Below are positions 38,301 through 52,000 of a DNA stretch of 64,000 bases, piece after piece. Both the position numbers and the translations under genes were made by a program. How positions within the stretch are numbered: the stretch's first letter is position 1; each line of letters starts with the position of its first letter. This stretch comes from Vicugna vicugna (Eukaryota): the NCBI GenBank assembly GCA_013265495.1, contig MU058449.1, positions 310,001 through 374,000 on the forward strand, in the 5' to 3' direction. Below the pieces are notes generated by a model that searched no databases, had not been told where the DNA came from, and was given only the letters and a program-made list of their open reading frames with translations.

Positions 38301-41300
38301 CGGTCTTGGCCCTGGAAATTGGGTCAGAGAGTTCTCTGAATTCCAGAAGGAAGTGTCTGCCTGGAATGAGAATCAGGAAATATCTGATCTTGGGTTACAT
38401 TCAGAGAAAGTTGAGTGTAAGCGCATGAGTGAGGTCAAGAGAATAGGAGAAATGGAGATTTCTTAAGATGTAGAAATGAAGAGCAATTATCTTTTCCATC
38501 CTCCGTTATCTGGCAAGATCTGTAGATGATGTAGTTTAGTTGAGGCTATTGTGTTGGTAAGTATAATAATAACCTTGCTCCACCTCCTCTTCCTTTTCCC
38601 ACTACTACTATTATTATGTTCCTTCTCCTATTCTGCCTTCTACTGCTATTACTACAAAGAATGTTACTCCTGTTGCCTAGTATTTTATAGTTATTTTAAG
38701 CTTCAAATGAACCTCAAATACATTTTTTCAAGGACAGCAGTCTCTAATTTCTCCTGGTCATTAGGTATTTAATAATTCATCATGCTCTCTCCTGTTATTT
38801 GATAGGAGCTGGCACTAACTTTAGTGACAAGACTTTTACTGTGTCACAGTGATCTAATCAGAACCTCCAGATGACAAGATTTATAGGTTACTAGCAGTAA
38901 TGGGTTATCCCTCTCAGCAGTTGAAGGATATTTCAAATGCAGGCTACTTTCTGACTGAGAGCTTTAGTTCACTCACTTGCCATAAAAAAATTATTAATTA
39001 ACTAAGAGTGCAATGTGGAGGTGGTAAACTGCCCTTCTGTAGCAAGCATGCAGGTTGCTGGGTCTTAGAATGGTAGTGACTAAAATACGAGGGTTTTTAC
39101 CTACTATTCTTCTAAGCAAGGCTCTGCTGCCTGCTCTCACTTTCAATCCTCACATGATACCATCACCTGTTTGCTTGTTTATTTACTTATTTATGTTTTG
39201 TGGGGGTTTTTTTCGGTATTAAGTTGTTAGTAGTTGTTCACTCTCAGAATTATTTGTCTGGCTTCAGTACATATACAAAATCAGTTTGAACTGTGAAGAG
39301 AAGAAAATGCTTTCATGCACTATCAGTTATCATCTTCATTTATTTTTCCTATTCTTTTTTCCTCCCAGTTCCTTCAGGAATTTTTTCTAAGGGCTGACAT
39401 CTCTCCCTTCTTCCCATCTTGTTATCTCAACTTCTTTTCTCTACTTCCTGATTGTTTTCCATTTTATTCGTTTGACATCTCTCTTGTCTTTCAATTCTTT
39501 CTTCTTTGTCTCCTTCCTTGCTTCCTTCCTTCTGCTTTCTCTTTTCCTTTCTCTCTTTTATGGCTATCTCTCTCAGTTTTCTCAGTGTCAGGTTTCCATA
39601 AATTATCCACTCTTTCTGAAATATTTAACTTTCCCCTCTCTCCTTTCTTCAATATGCACATATCAATTTGAAATTCTCATTGAAATAATATAATATCCTT
39701 TAGCCTGAAAACATCTCAGAGATATTCCTCATTATATTTTATAGCAAAGCTTTTGAAATAATAGTAATATATATTATTATAAATAACATATTTAAAAACA
39801 ATATATATTAGTATAAATAATAACATATAAATTTTTTTTCTTTTTAAGTCCCATATTAGAATGGTTTAATCTTTATTTTTTCTACTAGAATTCTTCTTGC
39901 AAAGAAATGCACTTTTCCCTTTTGACCCAGCAGTTCTACTACTTGGTATGTACTAAAGAGAAACACACATGAGTCCACAATAAGTCTTGCATAATAATTT
40001 TTATAGCACTTTTTTCAGACTAGCCCTAATGACCCAAATGTCCATCAAAAGGATAATGATTTATAATTATTCAGTTTGATGAAGTTTAACATATGTATAC
40101 TGTGTAACCATCACCCAACGTAAGATGTAGAAAATTTTCAGTACCCGAGAGAGTTCCCTCATGTCAAATTCCAATCATTAGCCAAATCCCTTTCCACTCC
40201 AAACAACTATTTCTTATTTTAATTACCACAGATTAGTTTTACCTTGTCTTAGATTTCATTTGAATGTTAAATTGTAAATTGAAGCTAATTGAGTGAAAAA
40301 TGTAATGAAGAGATTCAAGTAAACAGTTGGTTATGGCAAAGGAAGAGTCTTGAAACAAAAGTTGTGAGTAGTGTACATTTACATATCATTCCAGTTCAAA
40401 ACATGATATGGAATATTGTAGGAGAAGTAGAAGCAAGTTTGTTGGTGTATATACACATATATAAAAGTTAAAAGTGTTTAAAATCATTTAAGCAAGAAAT
40501 AATGTAAACATTTGCATGTAGCAGTAGGATACACTAAAGACCTCCTCTTATTTACTCATGTCTCTATAAATATTTCGCCTTCTTACTACTTATCTTCCAA
40601 CCATATAGTTCATGTAATGTTCTCCAAAATTCTGAGTCACTTCATGAATGTGTACATTGTTTGGCCATAACTATTACCTGGCCTCCACTGATGCTACTTT
40701 AAAAAGAGACCTTCTTTACCTGGTGCATGGAGCTGTAGTGGGGAAGGAGTCAACATGTTCAACTGTGCTATGCAGGCACAAACAGATGTTCAAGCTGTTG
40801 CACTTGCCCTCTGTTGTCAGACCTTCAGTTCTGACATGATCTTTCAATGAAGTAGCCTCTCTGGGATAGTGTGAGCCCTTAGTTGTGAGCCAGACACTTG
40901 AGGATCCCTTACATACATCTTTTCTCTTTACATAGTTGGAAAATGGCTTATTCCAAAATTGATAACAAAAACTATGTTTTCAAAGTTTTTGAATATATAT
41001 TGAATTAAATACTCAATAAATGCATATGAAATGCACCTACATATATGTCTGACACTTAACATCAACTTAAGTATATAGTGTAATGTAAACCAGTTTTTTC
41101 TGTGTTTCTAAAGGGTGTGAAATGAGTCCTCATTTAAAAAATTAGGCTTTGAGGGAAATTAGCAGTAAAGATATAGGGCAGTGTGGAGTGGAGCCTTCTA
41201 GTACAATGCAAACAAGTGAGTTTAGCACCTCCATTGGAGAACCAATTGAAGACTAGTATGACAAGAGTAAATTCCAGAATCTGTCACAACTCATGTTACC

Positions 41301-41359
41301 AGTGAATAGTTTAGTTTTTCAGTTTATTGACTGTAACTGTTAGAACTAATAAAGACCAG

Positions 41360-42320
41360 TTTCACAACAAAAAATCAATATAAAAATCATTGTATTTCTG
41401 TACATAAACAATGAATTATCCTAAAAGAAAATTAAGAAAACAGTCACATTCAAAATAGCAACAAAAAGAATAAAATACTTGAGAATAAACAACCAAAGAG
41501 GCACAAGATTTGTACACTGAAAAGTATAAAATGCTTGAGAAATGAAGATAAAGATAAATGGAAAGACATCATGTTCAAGGATTAGAAGAATTAATATTGT
41601 TAAAATTTCGATACTATTCAAAGTGTAATCTCTATCGAAAATGTAATGTCATTCTTTGAAAAACAGGAAAAAAAACCCTAAAATTTATGTGGAAGCACAA
41701 AAGATCCCAAATAGTCAAAGCAATTTTGAGCAAGAAGGAAAATGGAGGCATTGCACTTCCTGGTATCAACATATATTACACACCACAGTAATCAAAACAG
41801 TATAGAACTGGCATAAAAGCAAAAATAATAGATCAGTGAAACAGAATACACAACCCAGAAACAAATCCACACATCGATGGTCAACTGACATTCTACAAGG
41901 GTGCCAAAACACAATGGGAAAAGGATAGTCTCTTCAATAAATGGTGCTGGGAAAATTAGATATCCACATGCAGAAGAATGAAAGTAGGAGCCTTATATGC
42001 CTTCATACAAAAAAATGAACTCAAAATGGATTAAAGACATAAAATAAGACCAGAAACCATAAAACTCCTAGAAGAACATCTAGGGAAAAACTTCTTGACA
42101 TTGGTCTGGGCAATGATTTTTTAGATATGACATCAAAGCACAGCCAACACAAACAAAAATAAATGAGTGGAGTTGGATCAAACTAAAAATCTTCTGCGCA
42201 GCAAAGAAAACAATCAACAGAGTGAAAAGACAAGCTATGGAACGGGCAGAAATATTTGCAAGCCACATACTTCATTAGAGGTTAATACCCAAAATATATG
42301 AGGAATTCATATACCTCAAG
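41360..42320 (+). mobile_element. L1 ORF2 C-terminal fragment
   Basis: AAATGGAAAGACATC, GGAAAAGGATAGTCTCTTCAATAAATGGTGCTGGGAAAA, AACTCAAAATGGATTAAAGAC, AAACTAAAAATCTTCTGCGCAGCAAAG. Confidence 0.9.
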
Positions 42321-42588
42321 GAAATTAAATCACTCTCTGGATTCACGTTATAATTAAATTGTGTTAATCAAAGGAATAAAGAATATGTTATTTGTCTTTT
42401 CAGTCCCCTTCAGGATTTTAGGTCCTGTTAAGTGGTTGGCAAATTAAATTATATCATATTACTGAAGGATGGCTACACTGGGAGCTAAATTCTGAGGAAA
42501 TGCACAGGTAAATTACTAACTCTCAAATTATGTGGATTATCAGTCATTACCAAGTATATAAAATAGTCTCCTTTCTGACAGTGACTCT

Positions 42589-42726
42589 ACAAGGACCCAT
42601 TTGTCAAATATTATTCTTGCTTATCCTCTGAGAATATTACACTGAGGCTGATACACAACAAGGACGCATTTGTCAAATGTTATTCTTTCTTGTCCTCTGA
42701 GAATATTACACTGAGGCTGCTACATA
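42589..42726. repeat. Direct tandem duplication, 2 x 69 bp
   Basis: Units start at 42589 and 42658 (ACAAGGAC.CATTTGTCAAAT...GAGAATATTACACTGAGGCTG); 6 mismatches. Confidence 0.9.
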
Positions 42727-44155
42727 TAGAAGCGTGTCTTTGGGTTGCTTGTTGACTCTGAGTCAGTTTCTTGTGTGACCTAATCAGAGTTGTTACGAAG
42801 TAGAGAAGGGTAGAGAAAAGGGGCTAACCTGAGTGATCTCAGTACAATTTTATAGGACATGAGACTCCTCCAAACACCACCTTCTTTTATTTTCTGAATG
42901 ATCTAAATTCAAAAGAGGAGAAATAAATCTTTGAGCAGAGGAAATAAATATTTCTTATTCTCAATGTATGAAATGATGAAAGAGCCATATATTAGGAGGC
43001 AGAGATCTTTTTTAAGGATCTCATAGAAGTGAGTATTATCTCTTCTTTAGGAATTATTTTATATTCCATGACATATTCAAAGAAATAAAACATGGGTGGC
43101 AAGAATATGGATACCTTGTGACATCTGGACTCATGTACAGGTTGGTATTTTCAAGAGGATGTCACTATAGTGATCATATCATGTGCTTGTAAAAAAAAAA
43201 GTTCTTTGGAAACCAATGTGTGTATCCATTAGTATATGCACTTTTTATCTTTTGCAATGTTGTATCTATGCACCCATAATATATTTATTGAGCATCTAAT
43301 AAGTCAAAGATAGTAGTCTAGACGTTGGATTATAAAATTCCCTGTACATGTATTATGTATTTTTTTTACCCTTGGAAACTCAGCTATTGTGTACTCTTTG
43401 AGTCCAAACTACAGAAAATTTCAATTTGTTGTGTTATAGTTGTTCTTCCTAATGGAACTTTTTGCTTTTATCCTTTGGATATCTATCTATATATCTATGT
43501 AATATATATGATATATACACACCTCCATATATATATATGTATGTATGTCACATATGTACTTATTTATATATATGTGAATTTCAGTTCCCAAGACCAGAAG
43601 TCACATTTTTTTTAGATTCCATTCTAGGTGCCATTTATTCAAGCAGTCTTTCTCTCAGTCACAAAAATTAATTAGGCTTATTGCTGTTATTTCTGTAGAA
43701 CGCATATCCCACTCATGATGATTTACTGCCTTATAAATTACTTCTTTACAGTCTGTTTTATAAGGTAAATCACTCAAAAAGCCATATCTGTGCAGTTCAA
43801 GAGTTTTTCACTAGAGAAAAACCTAGGTTTAGTAAATGTAGATGCCTAGAAAATAATCCATCAATTAGTGGTTATTTGGACAATTCAAGTGTGTTTACAT
43901 GATTCTTGCAAGCAGATGAAAGAATAAGTATGTACTTTTTATGAGTGCGTATTATATTTATAAGGACTTGTTTAAGACGTTAAGAAGTGTATTTATCCTC
44001 AAGAGCTGATGGCATTACTACTCAGGGTCGCTGCCTTGATGGAAGATGAAGGAGAACAGAAAACTTGTAACCAAGGATGTCTCTACAGACAAATAATTTG
44101 TAGCATCATAAAGAGTCCTTTTCTTTAACCCCCCCAACCCCTGCCTCCACACTCA

Positions 44156-44176
44156 CCCATGGGCTTATCCCCATGG
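44156..44176. promoter_or_regulatory. Paired O/E (EBF)-like palindromes, candidate promoter element of the OR at 46277
   Basis: CCCATGGG occurs twice within ~21 bp, about 2.1 kb upstream of the OR ATG. Confidence 0.4.
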
Positions 44177-46276
44177 GTTCTCTGCCATGGAGGCTCAACC
44201 CTCCACTGAAATCATGAGAAGTGTAAAGAAATATGCTTTATTCAGTAACTGATATTTTGGATATCATTAGGTCAATTTATCAATCAAGTAAATGAACTGC
44301 TCTGTGTGTGTCAGAATGTGGGTCTCTGGAGAAATAAATGAAGGAGCACAAGGAGGGTCGATCTCCATAGTGAATTAACCTAAGTCTAAGAAACTGAGTA
44401 TGAGAAGGTAGTGAATGGTGTTAATGTTAAGAAACATGTAATTCATATATATATAACACACACACATATATATGTATGTATGTATTATGTATATATGTGT
44501 GACCACACATGTATGTATATATTAGTCTCATGTATATGATCTTGTTTATATATTTTTCAAAACAACATACAATAATGTCTTTATTTTGAGGGTACACAAT
44601 AGGAAAAACATTGGAAAAAAGTGGCATCATAGTAATACACTATACTTCATATTACTCACATGCAGTATGGCAAATGAGATCCAGAAGGCATGGACTATAT
44701 CATTCTTATTTAACAACCCATTGCAAGGGTGTTAGTAATCATGTTCACATTTGGAAGTATTCCAAGGGATATCATAGTCTTACAACATGTAGTCCTATGA
44801 ATTTTTATTTGTCCAGATTTAATATGTAACTCCAGAAGCTTGATTGCCTGCATTTTAACTTTCTTCCTCTTAAATCAGGAGATAGATATTATTTATTTCT
44901 ATTCTCTAAATCATTTAAGAGTGTGAGTTGTGCATTCTTCTGCCTAAAGAGTCCTTTCAGTAACTCCCCAAAGGTTTTACAAGGTCTCTACTTGATGACT
45001 TACAGTGAAGGGAAATCTACTCACTCGAGAGAGATACTGAATAAGAGATTGAAGAGGACATTTTCAAAGTCCTACTCCATCTAAAATAGTTTCTGATTAT
45101 CACTGATGTGAAAGCAACCCATAGAGAGAAGTTAAAGCTCAAAATGGGTTTGGAAGGCACTTCTGTATCTGAGGAGTAATATACTGCATTATTCAGCTTG
45201 GGGAATCTGAAGCATACTCTCTTTAGGCTCCAATTTATCAAAAGTCATATATCCATAGTTTAAATATAACTGTGTACCTCTCATGTTTGATGCTGGATTT
45301 GGCATTTGGAAATATGTGTATATGTTAGCAATATAATTTTCAAATAGGTATCAATAGGAAGGAGTGGAAAGGAAAAATAAATACTATGTAGTAAATGGTA
45401 TGAAAAACTTACAGTGAGTGATGGATAAAAATATACCAAGTTAGTTTTCTACAACGGATTTGTCACCATATAATCAATGGAAAATTTGATGTTTTTCACA
45501 AAGTTCTGATAGAAGAAAATGAAGCAGAGAATTTTAGAATATTTGCAAGATAATTATTTATGCAAATAATGTTTTTCTAAAATGAACAGAAGGAAAAGTG
45601 AAGGCAGTTATTAATATGGAGAAATTGCCTTCATCTCCTACGACTTTTTCTCTTGATTTGTTAAGTTCCAAAAGCACTGACATTCACGTCTATTTCTATT
45701 TGTTCCTGCTTCACAGCAATTTTTCTCGCTATTTCCATTCCCAGAATGTGTACTATCCTAGATGGAGTGTGAGCTCCATCATTCAGATGCCAGCTTATAT
45801 GTACAATTCTAATCACCCACACATACCAGTTATTCTCATTGTTATAATGCTTTTCTTGTAGAGTGTACCCTCCATGAGAAAAATATCTGATTTGTGTGTT
45901 ACTTTATTTCCAGTGCCTAGAACATGATTGGTTGTACAGTAACTTGTTAATAAACAGTTGTTGAATAAACAGAGAATCCTTTTACTGGAAGTGGATGGAT
46001 AAGATGACTTATATACTCCTATGAAAATATGAAATTATGCATGAATTATCTTTTTGTATTTCAAAACAGAGTATTTGATATGATGTTACACATTTTATTT
46101 CTCTGCTCCTAGGGAATTTAAATACACCTGATTATGAATTTGAACTGTTTTTTAACAGCAGATCATTAGGGATATTCCTGAGCTCAATCTCCATGTTTTC
46201 AGCATCTGGTTGTGATCATCTTGGCATAGCAACTTTATCTTCAGAAGTACTGATAAAAAGCAAAGGAAAGACCATA

Positions 46277-47221
46277 ATGCCTCCTCTCAATACTTCTCAT
46301 CGCTCTCCTGTAACCTTCTTGCTGATGGGTATCCCCGGACTAGAGCACCTGCATGTCTGGATTGGGATTCCCTTCTGCTCCATGTACGTGGTGGCCCTGG
46401 TGGGGAATGTGACCATTCTGGCTGTGGTGAGGGCAGAACGAAGCCTGCACGAGCCTATGTTCCTCTTCCTCTGCATGCTCTCGATCACTGACCTGGTCCT
46501 CTCCACATCTACACTGCCCCGCATGCTCTGTCTTTTCTGGCTCAGAGCCCATGACATTGCCTTTGATGCCTGCCTGACCCAGATGTTCTTCATTCACAGC
46601 TTTACTACCATGGAATCGGGTTTTTTCCTGGCCATGGCCATTGACCGTTATGTGGCCATTTGTCATCCACTGCACCATACCACCATTCTCACCTATGCTC
46701 GCATCACTGTAATGGGTATCATTGTGGTGATTCGGGGGGTGGCCTTCTTTTCCCCACATCCCATTCTGCTCAAACAGCTGCCTTACTGTAGGACACGAAT
46801 CATTGCCCACACCTACTGTGAGTTTATGGCTGTCCTGAAGCTGGCGTGTGTGGACATAGGAGCCACCTCACGTTATAGCCTCAGTGTGGCTTCTATCATT
46901 GGTTCATGTGATGCAGTTCTTATTGCTGTGTCCTATGTCTTCCTCCTCCACTCTGTATTCCACCTGCCATCCCGAGACGCTACCTTTAAGGCTCTGGGCA
47001 CATGTGGATCCCATGTTTGTGTCATTCTTGTCTTCTACTCCACAGCTGGTTTTTCCATTTTCACTCATCGTTTCAGGAAAAATGTGCCTGCACATATTCA
47101 TATTTTTATTGCAAATATGTACCTTTTGGTGCCCCCTTTTCTCAATCCTATTGTGTATGGAATAAGGACCAAGAAAATACGGGAGCATGTTTTTAAGGTG
47201 CTGCATGTTAAAGTTGCCTGA
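46277..47221 (+). CDS. Class I olfactory receptor, family 52 (intact, 314 aa from ATG 46277)
   Basis: MPPLNTS sequon, [63 protein letters not shown]. The upstream ATG 46193 lies within a likely acceptor (ATGTTTTCAG, AG 46201-46202). AATAAA at 47235. Confidence 0.93.
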   Translation: MPPLNTSHRSPVTFLLMGIPGLEHLHVWIGIPFCSMYVVALVGNVTILAVVRAERSLHEPMFLFLCMLSITDLVLSTSTLPRMLCLFWLRAHDIAFDACLTQMFFIHSFTTMESGFFLAMAIDRYVAICHPLHHTTILTYARITVMGIIVVIRGVAFFSPHPILLKQLPYCRTRIIAHTYCEFMAVLKLACVDIGATSRYSLSVASIIGSCDAVLIAVSYVFLLHSVFHLPSRDATFKALGTCGSHVCVILVFYSTAGFSIFTHRFRKNVPAHIHIFIANMYLLVPPFLNPIVYGIRTKKIREHVFKVLHVKVA

Positions 47222-48701
47222 TTGTAGCTGGATCAATAAAGACATGATTCAAGATATACAGAAATACAAGAGATGATGTGGAGAAAATAATTAACTGCTG
47301 TGACTTCCATAAGCTGAATTGCATAAACCACCTGAAAGTTGTTATTTATCAGATATCAGATGTCTAGAATAGCTAGGAATTCTCACTCAACAAACTATTT
47401 TAGCTTTTCATTTAGTAAATATTGGTGACAAACTTGTTAATTTCATGCTAGGTATGTACCCTTTAGAAGTAGGCACAATAGGGAATGAATAGTAGGTAGA
47501 AGGAAGAAAAACTGAAGTAGATACTTCCCTTCCCCCCCCCTAAAAATGGAAGAGTTATCTCAGATCTAAATGCTGAATTTTATAGACTAGGCAGTTTGAA
47601 AAAAATTTTAAGCCATATATATGTCTGTGATTTTTTAGAACAGGTAATAGATGTTGTAGCTCTAGTCTGAATCAAATTAAAGTCTTGAGATAAATAAATA
47701 GGACTCATAATAACACACAAAGACAGAACAAAGATAATTAAGAAATGAGCATTTTCCTCAAGGAAAACAAAAACAAAATATGAATTAATAAATTCATAAA
47801 CATGAATTTTTGTGAAGGTGCCACCATTGGTGTTAGAGCTTCAGTGGTTTTTACAGCAACTTTGATAGAGTCAGGGAGTATTTTATAAAATAAAGCAATA
47901 TCCTGGATTCTACTGACTGGAAAAATGTAATTCATATTTTCCAAATTTGATATTTACTAGCAAAAATTACCAAACTACCAGATTACCATTTGCACTGAGT
48001 TTTCCTCTTTGATTACTTGACTTGGAACCAGTATCAAGACACAAAATGTGAAATCTCTTTATCAGCAGAGTCAAAATATCACCCCTTTTTATTGCCTTAA
48101 TACCTAGGACTAGCTTCCTTCTTTGTTCATTTTGTTTCTCAGATTTTATTAGTTTCCCAGCTATATATTTCTCTTCTTTAAAAAAATATTATCTAAGAAC
48201 TATGGAATATTTGTTTTCCTGGAAGCCATCAAAAAAGGGAGTCTGATACTTGTGCTCTGAAACTTTCCCCCACCCTTGGCTTATTTATCCTAGGGAACTT
48301 ACATCAATAGCTAAACACAAAGACTAACATCTCTGCATTCACCAATTACTCTATAGTTTAACTATAGGTTGATTGTACATTTTTCTGTTTTGGAAAACTA
48401 AACATATTTGGCACTATTCTGTTGCCACAGGAATTCAGGAATGGAAGCAATTTGAAGGCTACATTAATGAATGCAGTTTAAACATGGTAGGTTTGAGATT
48501 CGTGTAGAATATTAAATTGTATAGGCCCTGAGGGAGAATGTCTCAGCTAAGATAGATATTCATGTATCTTTATCATATAAATGGTGGTAGTTGTGGGGTC
48601 TGAGTAAATTCACTCAAGTAAAATTACATAATGATAAAATTAAGACAATCTGAAAAATGCTGACGTTTTTGCTTCCATGAGAAGGATAAGTAATACCCTC
48701 A

Positions 48702-49035
48702 ATGTTAGGTCTTAATAGAATCAATTTATCAATTTTCATCCAACCACCTTTCTCCTTATTAGAAACCCAGAGCAGGAGGCTTCCCATCACACCTGGGATT
48801 TCCATCCCATCTGCCTAGTCTTTCTAAGCTACCTTCTTGCTCTGACTGGGAATTGTGTCCTTGTGTTCATCATCAAGACAGACCCCAGTCTGCCTGAACC
48901 CACTTACGTCTTCCTCTGCATGCTCTCTGTAAATGACCTGATGTTTAAGGATCTCTCTCCCTAATCCTCACTTTCTTCCTGGTCACTGAGAGAGATCAAT
49001 TTTAAAGCTTACCCTGCTTAGGTATCATCCATCTA
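48702..49035 (+). pseudogene. Decayed, 3'-truncated class I OR pseudogene (N-terminus to TM3)
   Basis: Manual translation across frameshifts gives MLGLNRINFHPTTFLLI, then YLLALTGNCVLVFIIKTDPSLPEPTYVFLCMLSVNDL, then REINFKAYPA*. Confidence 0.85.
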
Positions 49036-52000
49036 CCATGAGACCACAGAAAGACAACAGTGATTACCCATGAGAAAGAATGAAAAATTACCAGAGCAAA
49101 ATAATTGAATTACAAGACAGGGTAGCTTGTATCACACAAGTGGAGAAGTTGGCCTTTGTAAGGACAAAGACAGTTCATTCATAGCAGCAGAAAGTCAGTG
49201 GTATTTGAGCTCTGAGGCAGACAGATGTGTAGACAAGGATCTTCCCTTTCCTCTTTTTTTCTCTCAGTGAAATTGGAATCGAGGTCATCATCTAAACATG
49301 GGGTTGCGGGAAGAGTGACAGAGGTTTGAATTAAGAGAACATATAAAATAATTTTGAGGAGACTGAGAAATTAAGAGACTTCAAAATTATATGTAATATT
49401 AGGGGCCGACTTGATATAGTAAATGTGAATTCCAGGTGAGACCAGAAGCTTGGTTGCAGAAAATATTTTCTATAGCACAAGTGCAAGCATGGAGTGGTCT
49501 GTTATATAAATGAGCTAAAGATGGCCTCTGTATATAGGCCTTTCTGATCTAGAGACCGCTTATCTTAGAGTCTATGAGATTGATATCCCCACGATTGTGT
49601 AGATTTCAACCTGTGTGACTGCATATAAACACCTAGACTGGCCTTGTACTTATTTTGAAACATTTACCAATATGATAAACAAGACAGTGGAAGAACACAA
49701 ACTGCAATAGAAGTATAAAACATAAGCATAATTTAATGTTAAAAAATAGTCCTCCTTGAAGCAGTGACATTCCATTGTAAACTTAAAATGAGTGAGAGAT
49801 GAGAAGGCATGGGTGAGAGAGATGGGGAAAGTATTAAAGGCAGAAGCAAAAGCACGAAACAGAATTTAAAGAAGACAGTGAAAAAAGTCTGGTCTTTTGT
49901 TTTTCCTGCTGTGTAGCACAAAGCGATGCCAGAAGGGTAATAGGGACCAGATTATGGTCATTTTGGATATTATCAATTACAATCCATAGAATTTAACCAC
50001 TTCATATAAGAAAGAATATAGACTTTAATTCAGTCATATTTCATTTTAAAATTTTGGTCATATAGTAGTTAAGTAAATAAAATATGGACTCAGAGATACC
50101 TGAATTCAGATCCTGATGTCACCCTTCACTTGCTATAGAATTTTACATAAATCATTTAATCTGTCAGTCTCTGTTTCCTAATCTGTTTAGTGGTAATTTT
50201 CTATTTCCAAAGGCTGTTTTGAAGATCAGTGAGAGAAGGGATTTTAAGCACTAAACTAAGGGATTTTAAGGACCTAGAAAACAATGATCTCTCAGTATAT
50301 GAACATATTTTTTTCTCATGACTCTATTATGGTTTTATAATATTTTTCTACAAATATATTTTCTACCCAAGCACTCAATAGTCCTTTGGGAAATAATAAT
50401 GTCCTTTTTCATTCTCTTAAGGGGTAGTTAATATTAATTACTCTACCCGAAAGTAATTTAGGTCTTCTAGTTTGGGAAAAGTGCCCATATCCTGGAGGAC
50501 CACTGATTCCCCTGCCACCTACACCGTTTAATCCAGTGGGATTTGGCATTGGGTATAAAACCCAGCTCGTGTTCAATGAGCATACTTCTTAGCATCTGCC
50601 CCTTATATAAGCTGGCTCTTTGGATGACTCTCAGCTTTTAATTTGGGTGAGTTGACAGAGATACAGGACAGGAAGAGAGAAGAAAGGGCTGCATTCAAAC
50701 AGTTGCATTTAAAATTATGAGATCCTCAAAAATGTAATGTCCATCTCTTCAAATACCCTTGGTAAAGTTAAGAATAAATACTGTAGACATAATCCACTAA
50801 GAAGATGCAATGGACCCTTTCTTCCATCACTGATGTAAATATAGTCTGTTGATTAGCTAAAGTATAGGGAGCATATGGTCATAGGTACCCCAAGTGAGAA
50901 TTAAAGTAGCATTAAACCTGATTAACCAGAACAAGCTTTAAGGTCAGAGACAGCTCTGAGCAAAGAACAGCCAGTTTCTTCCCACTGGACATTAGATATT
51001 GATCAATCATGGCAAACAGTATTTTGGGGGGAAGAATATTTAGGAGTAAGGTGAAAAAAAGGTGTCTGTTTACAGAGATGATCAGTTGCGTAAGACTAGG
51101 CTATAGCCAACCTTTTCTATTTCCTTTGCTTTCAAAACACTCCAGACCACTACATTCTTTTAGTCACATTAGCTATTGTTATTTTTGATGTGGTTAATCT
51201 TCAAATTAGTTATTCTATACAGACCATAGAGAGTAGAATATATAGAAAGACTTCCATACTGAAACTTTGTGGGGAGTAAAAATTTCACCTGAATAAATTT
51301 TCTAAAAGAAATCTGCTGACATCTCTCTGTCTATCATTCCTACACCCAGATGTTGATTCCTGGCCTGAAGTTTAGGAAGGCTAATAATTCTGAGAAAAAA
51401 TTCAGGGTGTGGTCTGATAGGTTTACTGGAGTATTTTGCTTGTGCTTTTAAATATAAGCTTATTTTAATATATCCATGCATATTTGAATGCACTCATTTG
51501 AGCATTGATGTGGTATGCTTGTTGGGGCCTTTACATATATGGTATTCAAAAAATTAAAGAGCCCCTATGTGTTTGGATCTCTGGATATATTATACCGTAA
51601 TTTATGATAACATATGAGCAAACTTCAGATGTAAATAAATCTGATTGTTTGTCTCTTTAGACATATGTAAATACAGCTATCTAGATCTTCTCTGAATTAA
51701 TATGTTAATTTTTATAATTTGGGAGGCAACAGAGAAGTGTGAATAGTTGTATGTTTCTCTCAAAGCAGAGATCTAAGTAATCAAGATCTTCTTGCCCTCA
51801 GATAAAGCAGTAATTGACCTGAAATCCTCTTTTGATTAATTGCTCTCTCTCCATGTGCCTGTAGTCCTGTCTTCCAATCATGGCAGAACAAAGATGTAAT
51901 AAAGATCTGCCAAAGAGAGGAAGCCCTTTTATTTCACTAGGCACAGAGGTGGCAGGGACAATTCTTTTGTCTTAACTCTGATACAAGACATCTTGTGGAA

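Noticed and set aside
39315..39693. Hydrophobic F/L/S-rich ORFs
   Set aside because: Product of a CT-rich low-complexity tract.
43325..44630. Y/I-rich ORFs
   Set aside because: Translations of degenerate (TA)n/(CA)n microsatellites.
46193..46276. 28-aa N-terminal extension of the OR ending at 47221
   Set aside because: The upstream ATG lies in a probable acceptor (ATGTTTTCAG). ATG 46277 gives a normal 314-aa OR with a sequon at residue 5.
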